A DNA stretch of 64,000 nucleotides, taken from contig CM052817.1 in assembly GCA_028534125.1 (NCBI GenBank), positions 65,226,001 through 65,290,000 on the forward strand, written 5' to 3'. Both the position numbers and the translations under genes were made by a program. Below, one piece after another: positions 49,902 through 63,465 of the stretch. The stretch is from Lama glama. Lineage: Eukaryota. The notes under the pieces were generated by a model. The model saw only the letters and a list, made by a program, of their open reading frames with translations, had not been told where the DNA came from and searched no databases. How positions within the stretch are numbered: the stretch's first letter is position 1; every line of letters begins with the position of its first letter.

Positions 49902-51157
49902 AATGCACGATAATAAAACAAGCAGGTGTACAAACCTGCCCCACAAGAACTAGAACATTTTCAAAACCCTTGAAGCTAAATCTATGACCCAGTCAGAGGT
50001 GATCACTATCCTCAATTCTGTATTAATTATCTCTTTGCTTAAAAAAATCACACTGACATTTATCTGTTACCAAACAACATAACAATGTAGTGAGATGGGT
50101 ATCTTTGGAAAAAGCTGTGTTCTGAGCCTTATCTCTTTTCTACCCTCTGAATGGGAGGCTGGATGGGGATTATAGCTTCTTAATTTCAAGACCAGAGAGG
50201 GAGACTTTAAGTAGAAGACTTAGAAAGCTCAGAGCGTGGCCCCTGCTGCTGGGGTTTCAGTGGACAGACGTCTGTCTCTCACCCGGGAAATCTGGAGATG
50301 AGAGATGAACTGACCAGCTGCTTTGGTGGCACAGGCCGGGGGGTGTCTATTGCTTTGGAATCAGCCTGCACTCGCAAGATTTATCCAGGCAGAGATTGTG
50401 CAAGGGTTTTCCATGGACCATGGACACTGAGAGAGAGACAGAGAGTGAAAGTGAGAGCAAGGGACACAGACACACAGAGAGGGATAGAGGCTGAAAGAGG
50501 GAGTGAGAGGGAGGGGCCGAGAGAGGGCCAAGGAGACCCTGGCAACAAGAAGAGGGAGGTAGGTCTGAGACTCCCAAGGGTTGATGAAGAAAAAGCACGT
50601 GAGAACCCAGAAGAGAGATATGTAAGCCAGGTCAAGGTAACTGCAAGTTGGAGACCCCTAGGGATGCAAATCTCTGGAGAGCTCACAAGCACCGTCTGCC
50701 AGGCCCGGGAGGCCTAAAGCCAGCTCAAGATGGTAGCAATCCAAGCGCCAGATTTCTTATCCTCGTTCATCTCCTTTCTCTGTCCTCCAACTCCTTGCTG
50801 CTCAGTGTGTCCTAGGACCAGCAGCATTAGCCTCACTTGGGAGCTTGTTAGAAATGCTAGAACTCAGGCCCCACCCAGACCTCCTGAAGCACCCACATTT
50901 TAACAGGCTCTCTAGGTGTTGCGCAGACAGAGTTTGAGGAGCAGGGAAAGCCACGCCAGGGTTTGCAGACCTGTAGTGGTGTGGTGGGGGAAGCTTCCTG
51001 GGAGTGAGAAAAGTGAACCACACTCCCCGACCCGAGCCAGAGGAAAGCCTTCCTCCCTGAACACGTCACAGAGGGAAGACGGAGACGAAAGTAAAGCAGC
51101 GTGTTATTTACGTGCCTCACGTTGTGCTTGTTCCAAATACGAGGGACAGACACTTAC

Positions 51158-51415
51158 GTAAGGCTAGTTTCTTCCTCTCCTTTCTACATTTAGCATAGTT
51201 GATACTATTCGTGGTCTGCTCAAAAACCACCTGGGCTGCTTGCACTCCAGAGCTGATGAACTGGCCCCTTCCTGGGGGCACACTTTTAATAAGCACCCTG
51301 GGAGACCCCTTTGGACACGAACACTTAAGATGACTGACCTAGCATCTCCTGGGTCCCCAAATTTTGCCCTGATGCTGCTGCCCCTTTCTTGCCCCACTGT
51401 TTCCTTGTCATTATT
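51158..51415 (-). pseudogene. Pseudo-exon NNDKETVGQERG...ERRGRN*PY (phase 0 to 0)
   Basis: TAC|GTAAGT donor; 258 nt with a single TAG; the acceptor could alternatively be at 51429. Confidence 0.5.
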
Positions 51416-52063
51416 CTAAAGCTGGTCACCTCAGATACCAGGAGAGAGGGCAAGACTGACCTGGGAGGGAGGAGGGTAAAAACAAACTCTATCCTGTTAA
51501 GGATCAGACCACTCCTTTCAGTCTTGCCTCTCTCTTTCCATGTCTTGCTTTGGGCACACGTTATCTTACCTTTAAGCCCAGAACACCTGAGCTCCCTCTC
51601 TCTTAACCCTCTGGTATTCTTAATGCAGACTAGGGGAGCTCAGCTTAGAAACGCAGTGAACCCACTGTCCCTGCCTCAGAGTTTTGTGGGACGATGGGAA
51701 TGGGGTTGGAGGCCAACTCTCCCTGCTAAGGTGGAGGCAGTGGGGTGGAGAGGTGTCTTCAAGTCCTGGTTGAGTCCCTGAATGACTTTTGCTATAGAAA
51801 CAAATAGAGCATTCTTAGTTACACTTTATATCAAGCCTGTGGGCTGGCCTGAGGAAAAGACTGACATTGATCATGGTTTTTAGTAGAAAAACCCATTAGA
51901 GTTTGACTTACTAATCTGGAGTCCAACCCTTTTTGTACACTGGGGATTGCTTATGTCACTGTGTGTCTAAGTTTGAGGTTAAGAATGCCTTTACTCATCG
52001 ACTCCTCGGCATGTGATAACTGTCTTTCTGAACAAAAGAAACTTCCAGATATCTCAGTGATAC

Positions 52064-52992
52064 CTGAAGCTGCTTTAGTTACCAGCATACGGCTACCCCG
52101 AATGTTATATACATTGTGTTAGGTTCATCTGAAAGATCAGCTTGTGTACAAAGTGTATTTTAGGTTTCAAGGGCAATTCTGATTTTTAAATAGGATTCCA
52201 AAATCAAATGCCTTTTCAATAATTTATTTTTCTCTAAGATAGGCTTTGTGGTGTTTCTGAGGCTGTGGCGGAGCTGGGAGGTGGCAGGCTGGAGGAAAGT
52301 AATGAGCATATGGGAGCCCTGCTGGAGGGGGAAGGGTGCCTGAGCTCCTCCTGGGAATAGCTTAACTAGAGAATTAGACTCCACAGGCTGCATGTTTCGA
52401 AGGGATTACTGCAAACTGGATGCCGTCAGGGACAAAGCAAAAGGCAGAGTAGTGTCGAAACCCCGTCGCCCAGAATGTCTTGCTGCAGACGTGAAATAGC
52501 AATTATGGGGGAGGAAAATGTCATTCTCACAGACTTACAACAGGTCTTGAGAGAGCTCCTTGGTATCTTTTAAAATTTTTTTCTTATAAAGCAGCTCACA
52601 TACACAAGGATAGAAGTCTATTTTCTCTAAAGACATTAGAAGAGTAATTATTCACCAATGAAGGTTTATACACATACCCTACATACAGCCTTGTAGGGAA
52701 TTTGGAAAGAAGCAATTCAAAAATCTTGCTTGTAAAAACTGTGTTGGTTCTCACATGTAACAGAGTCATGGATACTGAATCTTAACAAAACAGTGTATTA
52801 TGTAGATAAATGTAACATAATGTGCTTGAATATTTATAAAATATTTTTTCACCAAAGCAATGTGATTTAGTGGAAGAAATGTGCATTTTAGAATCGAACA
52901 GAAATAGCACAAATTCTCATTTGCCCACTGAAGTGTTCTTGGACGAAGGACTGCTGTGAGGATGAAATGACGTAACGACATCCAGCACACGC
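52064..52992 (-). pseudogene. Three small pseudo-exons: 52925-52992 (SVCWMSLRHFILTAVLRPRTLQW), 52539-52566 (IPRSSLKTC), 52064-52128 (YEPNTMYITFGVAVCW*LKQLQ)
   Basis: Phases 1-0, 0-1 and 1-0 chain; the first has a non-canonical GCAAAT donor and the second a weak acceptor. Confidence 0.4.
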
Positions 52993-53392
52993 CTGCATGT
53001 CATGATGGCTCAATGTTTGTTTAACAAACTGCATATTTAGCTTTCTTCTCTGATACCATTTTCATGTATATAGTAAGTTAAAAGTAAATTTTTTAAATCA
53101 AAATCACTTAATTGTGATAAAGATATGAATGTTTAAAGTAAGTACAGAATTTAATTTATGATGGTGACCCACTTTGATGGGGTAAGGAAGTACATTTATT
53201 TTGTGTTTCCTACTAATTGCCTTTCCTGATTGACATCATAGAATGAAAAGTCATGTTAAGACATGAAAGAATAAGAAAATTTCCATGAATTGTACATAAA
53301 TCTAAAAATAAAATGTGATGATAAGGAATGAGAAGAAATACTAACTTGGATGAGAGATGAATTAGTTGGTTGATTGACTGCCCTCAACTCAC

Positions 53393-53453
53393 TTTTCCTT
53401 CTTCAAAGAAAGCCAATTGCATTGTTTTTCATTTTGAGGAATTTACTGCTGAT
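53393..53453 (-). pseudogene. Pseudo-exon ISSKFLKMKNNAIGFL*RRK (phase 0 to 1); preceded by an exon ending ...METLEDL at 53618
   Basis: ttcttcctatttttctgtacAG| and AAA|GTGAGT; upstream donor TTG|GTAAGT defines a 164-nt intron. Confidence 0.6.
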
Positions 53454-53921
53454 CTGTACAGAAAAATAGGAAGAAACAAACAAGAACAACATGGGGGAGA
53501 TTATGAGGCTTGGGACGCGATAGAGTTCTTTACACCAGATCTATATGTCCTGACTCTCTGCTGAGAGGGTCAACAGAAACCCTCTATTTCTGGTTTTGAG
53601 AGTATTTTGAAACTTACCAAATCTTCCAACGTCTCCATTCTGTGTCCATCTGACCACCTTTGCCAACTACCACGCAGACTAATTCCTCCCCAGTGGCTCT
53701 TCTCTTCAGTCCGGAAGATGCCAACCAGCAGGACAACAGGAGATAGGCTCCTGGTCTCAGGTGCAGAACCTCTAGTTTTGGTTACAACCGTACCATTGTG
53801 TCGAGCTTCTGCCCCAAATGTCCATATGAAGCTCATATATAAGCATTTTTCATTTTACAATAGCTATGCTTGTACACTGAAATATATTAATTTATTTAAG
53901 AAAAAGTTATTAAGTGCCTAC

Positions 53922-54493
53922 GTGGTGGCTTTGTACTATGTCAGCTTTACCAAACTGACACTTTAGAATTTAGTTTTCCAGAATTATCTTGCATGTATGT
54001 TTCAGGGAAAGAGTTGTCCACAACAGAAATTTGCATGGTATTTTGAAGACAGAAAAGCAGAGCCATTTCTTTATGCTCTAAAACTTGGTGCAGGGTGCCA
54101 GGCGCTGCGGCAGCCTGTGAAAGCTGTCACTGATCTGCTGGCTTACCTTAGGGGCCAGGTGGGTGGCACCTGGGTCTGCAGCCTCTCCAGCTCTTGCTGG
54201 ATCATCTGCTGCAGGGTCTCTGCTCCCTGGGTGGGCGCATACACTGCTCTGTGTCAATGGCATTAGCTTCTCCTGCAGATCACCTGCATCATGGAGGCTG
54301 GAGGTGCTGACAGCCAGATGTGGGCTCTGGTTTATCCTTGCTCTCCCCTACTTTATATCCAGTTGTCCTTCTCAACTACTGTTCCAGCTTACCTATCACG
54401 GCTTCAGGTCTCACATCCACTGCAGACAATGAGCTCCTTTATTTTACATCACTTATCGGGGTTCTGCTTCTCTGGTTGGCCCATGACAGATAC
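53922..54493 (+). mobile_element. MLT2 (E/F-like) ERVL LTR
   Basis: GTGGTGGCTTTGTACTATGTCA start; TTCTGCTTCTCTGG...GATACA end. Confidence 0.6.
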
Positions 54494-55752
54494 AGCCTGC
54501 ATATGCCAGACACTGTGCTGGGCTTTGGGGATTCAAACGGTGAGCCAGGGAAGTACTGCCCTTCTTCTTTACAGAGCTTGAAGTCTAGTTTAGGATATTA
54601 TTATTATAAAACAAAAACACATGGTGTTTTTAATTTTCAATCAAGCTGAGGATTCTTAATAATATATTTTCATAGCATTTTAAAGTTTTTTCAAAGATTT
54701 TTCTTATTATTTAATTACTGTCACAACATCTTCACAGATGCAAAGAAGACTAAGAGGAGATTTAAGGCTTCCCTTCAGGATAAGCAGGGATTTCAGGAGA
54801 CTCCTATTTGAAGGTCACACAGTTTGTAAGTGGTGGGTAGTTAATCTTCCGGTTCATAGTCCAGCACTTGTTTAAATGCAATAGTTATGAAAATAAATCC
54901 ATTTCTTAGTTCCATGGAGCAAATACTACTGTTAGTTGGGTCTGTACATTACCAAAATCCGTATCAATCCAGAAAAAATACATAAATCTAATAGGGTATT
55001 TGGCACCAGACAGAAAAACACATGGGATTTTTCAGTTTTCAAATAGTTATCTTGATGTTCAGTAGATATGACCATAGGAATATGAACAAATAAAATGTCA
55101 GTCGTCTTGGTGACCTTTCCTTTGATGCTAAGCTTCACGTAATAGGCACCTTCAGGTTTCACTTTTAGATCATGGCTTCCCGTGGAGTTGTGGGAGAGAT
55201 ACCAAGATTTGCACTGAAACATTCACTGAAGGTGATTAACTCCAATCTGTCTACTCAGGGGCAGAGTTGGAGTGACAGACACTTCTGTTAGCTCTGCCAC
55301 CTAAATGGAATTTGGGAAAAAGTGATCATCTCAATAGTGTTTCCTCCAGAGCCCAACAACTGCTAAGTGGGTCAGACCAGTCATCCAGCCAGCAGCGTAT
55401 TCTGTCTCTCAAAAGTGGGGCCTTGGCCTGCTGTGATGTAATTTATTAAGATTGGGGCACACACTATCATCCTTAACCTGTTCTTTAAATTTTTTTAATA
55501 ATAAAATTAATACATGTTGGTTTGTAGAACTAAACTCTGTAGAAGTGTGTGGAGAGAAAAGTGGTTTCCTGTCCTCTATCTCCCCATCCCCTACTCTTCT
55601 ACTGCCCAGAGTTCTGTTCTCCAAAAGTAACATATATATATATATATTCAACAGGTATTTACTGAATGCCTTCCAATTACCAGGCACTATTCTTGGTCTT
55701 AGAATTACAGCAATGAACAATACTGACCAAAAAAAAAAAATCATTTAGTTTA

Positions 55753-56120
55753 TATCTTAGTTTGTTCAGACTGCTGTGACAAATTACTGCAGACTGGGTG
55801 ACTGAAATGACAGACATTTATTTCTCATAGTCCTGGAGGCTGGGAAGTCCAAGATTAAGGCACCAGCAGATTCAGTGTCTGGTGGCGGCCTGCTTCCTGG
55901 TTTGCAGTTGACCGTCTTCTCATTGTATCCCCACCAAGTAGAGGGCAGAGAGGGAGCCAGCTCTAGTTTCCTTTCTTATAAGGACACTAATCTCATTCAT
56001 GAGGGCTCCAGCCTCATGACCCAATCAGCCTCCAAAGGTCCCACCTCCTAATATCATCATATGGGGGTTAAGATTTCACCATAAAAGTTTTGAGGGGATA
56101 CAAACGTTTACTCCATAGCA
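55753..56120 (-). mobile_element. MLT1A-like solo LTR
   Basis: Full length with a 5-bp TSD GTTTA (55748-52 and 56121-25). Confidence 0.88.
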
Positions 56121-59100
56121 GTTTACATTTAGCCCATGGTAATATATAGACAGACATGTGTTTGTTAAGGTAGGTTAACACTTGTAGCACAGAGACCCCC
56201 AGTATCTAATAGCTCCAGACTATAGAAATTTATTTCTTACATGTGTAACATGATTGGGCTATGAACAGTCACTCAGGCACTCAGGAAGATAGAGCTCTAC
56301 CACCTTTAAGAGATGCATTCCATCTGCAGAACAGCGGTCTTTATCCTGGTCAGCTGGATGCAGTGATGGAGGAGAGCATGGGAGCGGGTTTTTACGGGCT
56401 TAGCCTGGGAGGAGAGCACCACACCTCCATTCACATTTCATTGGCTAGAACTCGATGACCTCACCATATCATTTACTTCCTGTGTGACCTTGGGAAACTT
56501 ACTTAACATCTCTGAGCCTCAGGTTCCTTATGTATAAAATGCAGACAAGAAGAGTGTTTACTCCTTGGGCTGTTGTGTTAACTAAACTGTAGACTACGTT
56601 TAAAGTCTTTTGAACTGCTTCTGTCGCAAAGAGTTCAGTACCATTGGCTGGAGAATGTAGTTTTCTTGTGTGCCAGGAAGAAGGAGGGAATAAGCATTTT
56701 AGTGAGAAGTTAGCTGTTTCTGCTCAACAGGTCTAACTTTTTTTTCTTTACACAAACAGGATTAAATTTTAACTAGTCTTCTGAAACATTTTTAAAATTT
56801 AATATGTCCTCAATATTTTTCCATGTTAGAACTATAAATCTACCTACCATTTTAACAGCTATTCAGTATTTGCCTCCATTCTCCATGGACAGATCATAAT
56901 ATGTTTAACTCTCTGGTGACTATTCTTGTTCACCAGTCATGATGCACATCCATGCTGTATGCTGTAAATTCTTGGCAGTGAAATTCCTAACTTGTGCTGT
57001 CACATTCTATGGATGTGGAAACATCTGGCTACCAAACAGAAAAATTACTCTAGTCTTTTGTGGGGTCTTCCTATGGTTTTGAATGACAAGTCCAGTCTTA
57101 TCCTTATTACATTGTTTGTTATAAGCCAAAATGGGGGAAATATTAAAACTGTTTCATAAAGCTTTTTTGGTGAGGGGAATAGTGCAATTTATAAGGGAAT
57201 ACTACGAATAATAGCTAGCATTCATTGTGTCTGTTTTATTTCCAATTCTTATAACAATCTTCTGAAAAACTACATTATGTCCATTTAACAGATGACAAAA
57301 CTAAGGATCAGAGAATTTAAATAGTCTCCTGTCAGTTTTATGGGAGAAGTTTATGGGAGAGCTGCTACATGAACTTACTTGAGCCTAAATTCCAAAATCC
57401 CTCTTCTATGTGAGTCAGTCTCCAAAAAAGGAAAATGATGGCTCTGTTCAACTCATTCTGCCAGTAAATGGGATCAGAGCGTGAACTGACAGTCTGGGTT
57501 TGAGCTGCAGCCTCATCCCACCCTGGACTGGACAGCTCCTCCTGGTCCCTCAGCCCTGAGTCCATCTTACCTTCTCCCCAGCTGGCCCAGGAGTGCTGCT
57601 CTATGCTAGCCAGCATCCAGCCTTCTGACACTTAATCCCACTGTCGCATCTTTCCCGCTTTCCTCAGATGGCCTCTTTCTTTGTCTCGTTCACCAGAGGT
57701 GGGTTTCACTGGCCTGCAGAGGCCCTGTCTGGGGATCATCTGGGATGCTGGTTTAAAATATGCTCTCTTGGCTTTGGGGGCTGGACCCAGCAATCTGCAT
57801 TTTAACCAGGCTCCCTAGGTATTTTTATGCACAGTAAAATTTCAAGGATCACTTTCGTAGCCTTTAGCAGGGAAGGACTGCCTTGTTCGTTGCTGTTGCT
57901 AGGGGGCCTGATATTGATTAAGCACTCTAATGATTTCTTAAGGAAACTAATGAACCAGGCTGTAGTTCCTAAACACAACCAGGTCCATAGCGTTCATCTC
58001 TGTGTCTTTGGCACCTAGAACACTGTTTGAGAACACTGTAGGAGCTCAATCAATGTTATAAATGAAGTTTTAAACAAATGACTAAATGGCAAGGAATTGA
58101 AAGAGATAGATTCTAGTTATAATTTGTTATGTGCTGATTTTATGACTTTGGGCAATTCATAAAACCTCTCTGAACCTGAATTTTCACATTAAAGAAATGG
58201 GATAATAATATTCATCCATATATCTTATAGCTCATTGTGGATACCAAATCCATAAGTAAAATTCTATGTATAAAAAACTTAACATGCTATCTGGAATAGA
58301 GCAACTGCTGAATAAAATGATGCCCACTGTAATGATAATAATAATAACCACGCCTGTAAAAATGTTCTATAAAACACCACGCAGGTGTCAAGCACTATGG
58401 TTATTCTCATTACGTACTTAATCAAGCAGGCTGTATAGTCAATTGAACTTTGCTTTGCCCAAAAATAGGAACAGTGGTAGGAGGTGTTTGATGTGTAGAA
58501 GGGTCCAGAGGAAGACTGGAGGTGAGTTGCAGCCTCCAACTACTTGCCTCCTGTGTGGACCAGTGCAGAAGGCCATGCACCAGGACAACAGCTGGCCCGA
58601 CCGACAGGTTCACGGGGCGCTGGCATCCCTTGTTGAGGGGAGCATCTGCCTTCTCAGATGCTGCTGCTCAGGTCTGGAAGGGAAGGAGCTGATGAGAGCC
58701 CACAGGATCTGACAAGTAATCTCCATCAGCTTCTTGCCCTAAGTGAAAATAAAACACAAATGTTACATGTGAAGAAGTCAATTTCAGGCCTTGCCTTTAG
58801 ATATTTTTCCAGTTTGGAGGTTTTATCATCCTTCTGCTGACAAATCATATTTTGATCCACTTCAAAGGGCTTTTCCATTAACGTAACAATAACCAAGGCT
58901 TAAGGGAAGCCTCCTGTCTGCCACACATTTGCAAGGCTGCTGAGTGGGTCTGCATGGAAGATGTCAGGTCGAATGGATTTCATTTCTTTAAGTAAGCTGC
59001 ATGTTTTGAGGCTAGTATTTAGAGGTTTGGGAAGATGACAAAATTGTCTGAAGGAAGGAGATGGCAATGGGTATATTTCAGTTATAAGTGGAGTCCTATA

Positions 59101-59839
59101 GTTAAGCAGATGCTTCCCAATCAAAATTAGTGGGGAAAAATGATCATCTTCAGGAAAAAAAATCAATCCCCAGAAAAATTAAGCCAACTCCTATAATCTG
59201 CAACATAACTATTAAAGAAGCAAATATTATTTCATTTAAGTACTAACTGTATTTCAGGGCATTCACTTGCATGCACAGTTTTCTGGGAAAATTTACCCTG
59301 ACTAAACTGCAGTTTATGGTCACGTTCTATGGCATAGGCTACTGTCCCAAAGGTCAAGTCTAATGGAGGAGGAATGGGCACTTTGTCCTGGAAAGACCTT
59401 CGTGTAGGCTGACCAGGGACCTACTACAGGTGTGGCCTGGCTCAAGAAGATGAGCTAGCCAGTCGATTCTTAATCTTTGGGACACGAGTGAATAGAAGGA
59501 AGCTGGTGTTCAGCGAAGCAGGTAAATCTGTGCATGGCGTGGTCACCCTGGCCATAACAAACTGTATGCAAAGCCTGGCTACTAGAAGAAGGACCTGAAG
59601 CAGGTGTGCAGGGAGGTCACAGTGGTCTCCCCAGAATAGAGGAGCCTCGACTCCTTACGACTTCCCAGTCCTAGATCCCAGGAGGCTTGGCTGTTCTTTG
59701 TGTTTGTTCTTAGTTTGCTCCAAGATTCCTCTCTGCATAAAATCTCCCCTCCTGAACAGGAGCTTGCTTGGGTAATCCTTTCTTCCTTCCAACCAGCAGA
59801 AGTCTAATTAGAGCAGCCAGAAAGATTAGTTTCAGTTGC

Positions 59840-60080
59840 ATTACAGTGTAAGGGTTAAGAACACAGGCTCTGGAACCAGATGACCTGTGTTCATAATCCC
59901 AGCTCTTTCACAAGTTGGCGGAGTGAACCTGGGCAAGTTACATAACATTTCTAAGCCTCATTTTCCCATCTATGAAACAAAGCTATCTCATAGGGCTGTC
60001 CTGAGGACTGAATGAATTTATGATCAGGAACACTTAGAATACTGCCCAGAGTACAGTAAACACTACGGAAGTATTAGTAA
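59840..60080 (+). mobile_element. MIR
   Basis: GGTTAAGAACACAGGCTCTGG head and core. Confidence 0.8.
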
Positions 60081-60159
60081 GAATTAAGGAGACACACGAA
60101 GAAAAAAAATCAGAAATAGAGACTTAGGGAGGAAGGGAGAGGAAAAACATGCTTGTATT

Positions 60160-61410
60160 AAGACTGCGTTGACCTACATTTAGCTAAATCCAAGGCAGCA
60201 TCTCTTTCTTCATCTCCCTTCATCTTTTACAGCTGCCACATCCACCACCCCCACTTCCTCCTACTTCCCTGACTACTCTCTCTCAGTCTTCTTTGCTGAC
60301 CCTTCTTCCTTTCTGACTTCTGACATCAGACTTCCTCAGTTCTGGAGTCTCTTTCCTCTCTGAATTGTTCCCCTAGGTGATCTTACACATTTCTTTAGAT
60401 ACCATCTATATTCTAAAGATTCTCAAATTTGTTTTCCAGACTAGCCCTCTGCCATCATCCAGACTTCCCCTCTGCCATCATCCAGACTTCTTTCCTGTTA
60501 TGTTCACCTGGTTGTCGCTAATTCCAAATCATTGCTCTCAGTCCTTCTGCCTCCAACTGCTCCTCTCCTTCTCTTCCCCATCTCACAAAATGGCACCACT
60601 CAGCCATTTCAGCCCCAAACCTCAGAGTCATTATCAAGTCTCCCTTTCCCTAACCACTCCTGTTCAACTCATTAAAAGTCCTGTTGGTCCTTCCTCCAAA
60701 ATATAACACAAGTCTGATCACTTCTTTCAATCCCCACTAACATACTATCATCACACCTCACCCAGCCTACCACTAAAGCCTAATTGGGCTCCCTACCTCT
60801 ATTCTTGTTCTGCTAAGGTACATTTCCACGCTACAGCAAAAATTATCTTCATCTGTCTGAAGCCATGCCACTCTCCCACTTAAACATCTTAGTGGCTTCC
60901 CACTGTACCTAGACTAAAACCCAAGCTTCTCACTCCGGTTCATCAGTCCTGGCGTGGTCTGGGTCTCACCTACCTCCCTAGCCTCGTCTCATCCCTTCTC
61001 CCCCTTGCTCTCTGGCCTTTCCATGCTTGGAACAAGCTGGGCTCTTGCCTTCCTCCGGTCATTTGCATTTTATTCCCTCTGCTGGAATGAAAAGGCTTCT
61101 CCCAAGCTCTCGCACCTTTGACTCATTCTCGTCCCGTCCTTCCCATCTCAGCACTAACCTCTCCTCAGACCTGCCTTCTCTGAACATTCAATCTACCAGG
61201 CCACTCCCCAGGTATTTTCTACTTCATCACTCAGGGTATTTCTTTCACAGCCTAAATTGCAATGGCTTGAATTTTCTTTCTTCACATTGTCTGTCTTTCT
61301 CACAGAATGTAAGCTTCACGAGGACAGAGACCTTGACAGGCTACTGCAATTTCTCAGTGCCTGTCACAGTGGTCAATAAATATTGGTTTAACAAATGAAT
61401 GAATGAATGA
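60160..61410 (+). mobile_element. L2 3' portion, with a 23-bp tandem duplication at 60445-60490
   Basis: Pyrimidine-rich L2 body ending CAATAAATATT...TGAATGAATGAATG. Confidence 0.85.
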
Positions 61411-62289
61411 CTGGAACCCTGAGACGTTCCCTCATTTCAGTTCCTGCTGAGGCCAGGCCAAAGTCCTGATCTTGGTTGCTGTGGATAATTTTGCCCTTGG
61501 ATTAAACCTCTCCCTTTGGCCAGAGCAAGTATGAATGGGATTTTGTAAAAAACAAACAAACATATTTTGACAACTATGCCCTTTTTGTCCACTGACTTAT
61601 GTATAATCATGAGTGAAACACATGATAAATATAGAAATATTTGTCCAAATAAACATTGCTGCACATACAAAGAAATGGCACTACAGAATGGAACCACTGG
61701 AGGCAGGCAGCTTCCCCAGGCGAAAGCTTAAAATTGCTCATTGACTGATAAACAACAGTCTGAATTTGGCACATGAAAGGTGACTTGGGTGCTGTTGTTC
61801 GAAAGTTCCGTTTGTTTAAAAGTTTGGTATATGAAGTTAAGCATCCCCAAGCCTTTGTGTATCAAGTTAACCTGACACAGAGCTGTTCAATTGGTGCTAA
61901 CTTTACCCTTAATTTTTCTCTAAACAGCAATGACTTGTCTAGAAAATTTCTCACATCCATATACATGCAGAAAAACTGTCTAATTTTCGGCAAAACTAGA
62001 CTGAAAAACTTCAACTGTTATTGTTATAGCATTATTTTTTCTTTTGCTTATGAATTCACATTTTCATATATATATGTATGTATATATATAAAGCATATGA
62101 AGTAATTTTGTTCTTTAACAATCTCTTCTTATTTATTTACTATCTTGACTTTCGGCTAGATAGCTGCTATTTTCCCTATTTTGCAAATAGGGCTCAAGAA
62201 ATTCAATGCTCCTCCAGAGTTTATAGTTCATGGGGGGTGTATACTCGTCTGAGTGACTCCAACTGTTTTATTTTTTAAAAAAATAATTA

Positions 62290-63230
62290 AAAATTCACTA
62301 ATCATCAGGAAAATACAAATCAAAATCACAATGAGATATCTCACACCTGTTAGGAAAGGCTTATTGTCAAAAAGACAAGAAAAGTAAATGTTGACAACGA
62401 TGTGGAGAAAGGGGAACTCTTGTGTTGTTGAATGTAAACCTTGTGTTGGTGGGAATGCAAATTGGTGCAGCCACTATGGAAAACAGTATGGAGGTTTCTC
62501 AAAAAATTTAAAACAGAACTACCATATGATCTAGCAATTCCACTGGGTATTTATCTGAAAAAAACCCAACGAATTTGAAAAGTTAGTATATGCACCCCAT
62601 GTTCATTACAGCAATATTCGCAATAGCCAAGACATGGAGATAACCTAAATATTCATTGATAGATGAATGGATAAAGAAATTGTGTTTAATTCATGCAATA
62701 GAGTATTATTTGGTCATAAAAGGTCCTATTTGTGACAACATGGATGGACCTTAAGGACACTATGCCAAGTGAAACAAGTCAGACAAAAAAGACAGATACC
62801 ATATGATCTTACTTATATGTGGCATCTAAAAAAAAAAAACCCCACAACCAAAAAAAACAAAAACAAAAACAAAAATAATTAAGCTCATAAATAGAGAATA
62901 GATTGATGGTGATCTGAGACCATGGGCAGGGAAAGTTGCATGGTGAAGAGGATCAAAAGGTACAAACTTCCAGTTATAAAATGAATAAGTCATAAAATGT
63001 AATGTACAGCATGGTGATTATAGTTAATAATACTGTTTTGCATATTTGGAAGTAGCTGGGTGAGTGCATCTTGTAAGTTCTCATTATGAGAAAAAAATTC
63101 GTAAATATGCATGGCGCTGAATGTTAACTGGATTTATTGTGGTGATCATTTGGCAATATATACAAATATCGAATTACTATGCTGTGCACCTGACACTAGT
63201 AAAATGCTATGTGAACTGTACCCCAATAAA
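62290..63230 (+). mobile_element. L1MA (L1MA9-like) 3' end
   Basis: Typical ORF2 end (CACTATGGAAAACAGTATGGAGG) and 3'UTR ending in AATAAA. Confidence 0.88.
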
Positions 63231-63317
63231 AGGTTATCCATGCAGAATTTGCAAAGATTTGGAAGAACTGGGTTCTTTACCCTTAACCCAACATCTTCCT
63301 AAAGAATGAGTGGAGTG

Positions 63318-63465
63318 AGGAGGGTACAGCTCAAGTTGTAGAGCATATGCTTAGCATGCATAAGGTCCCAGGTTCAATCCCCAGTACCTCCTCTAAAAAT
63401 AAACAACTAAAGTGAAGTATTTTCCCCCTCCAAAAATATAAAAAAGAAAAAGAAAAAAGAAATAA
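63318..63465 (+). mobile_element. Vic-1-type SINE
   Basis: GGTACAGCTCAAG...GGTTCAATCCCCAGTACCTCC plus A-rich tail. Confidence 0.88.

Larger units (their letters stand above)
21246..53810 (-). pseudogene. Unprocessed (unitary-type) multi-exon pseudogene of about 23 exons, antisense to the Sel1-like gene
   Basis: Chain of AG...GT-bounded segments in repeat-free intervals with compatible intron phases and protein-like translation, interrupted by stops and a few 1-nt indels. The upper boundary is approximate. Confidence 0.65.

Noticed and set aside
50298..50717. 139-aa Arg/Glu-rich ORF
   Set aside because: Driven by GA-rich simple sequence in a probable old LTR; no splice or domain support.
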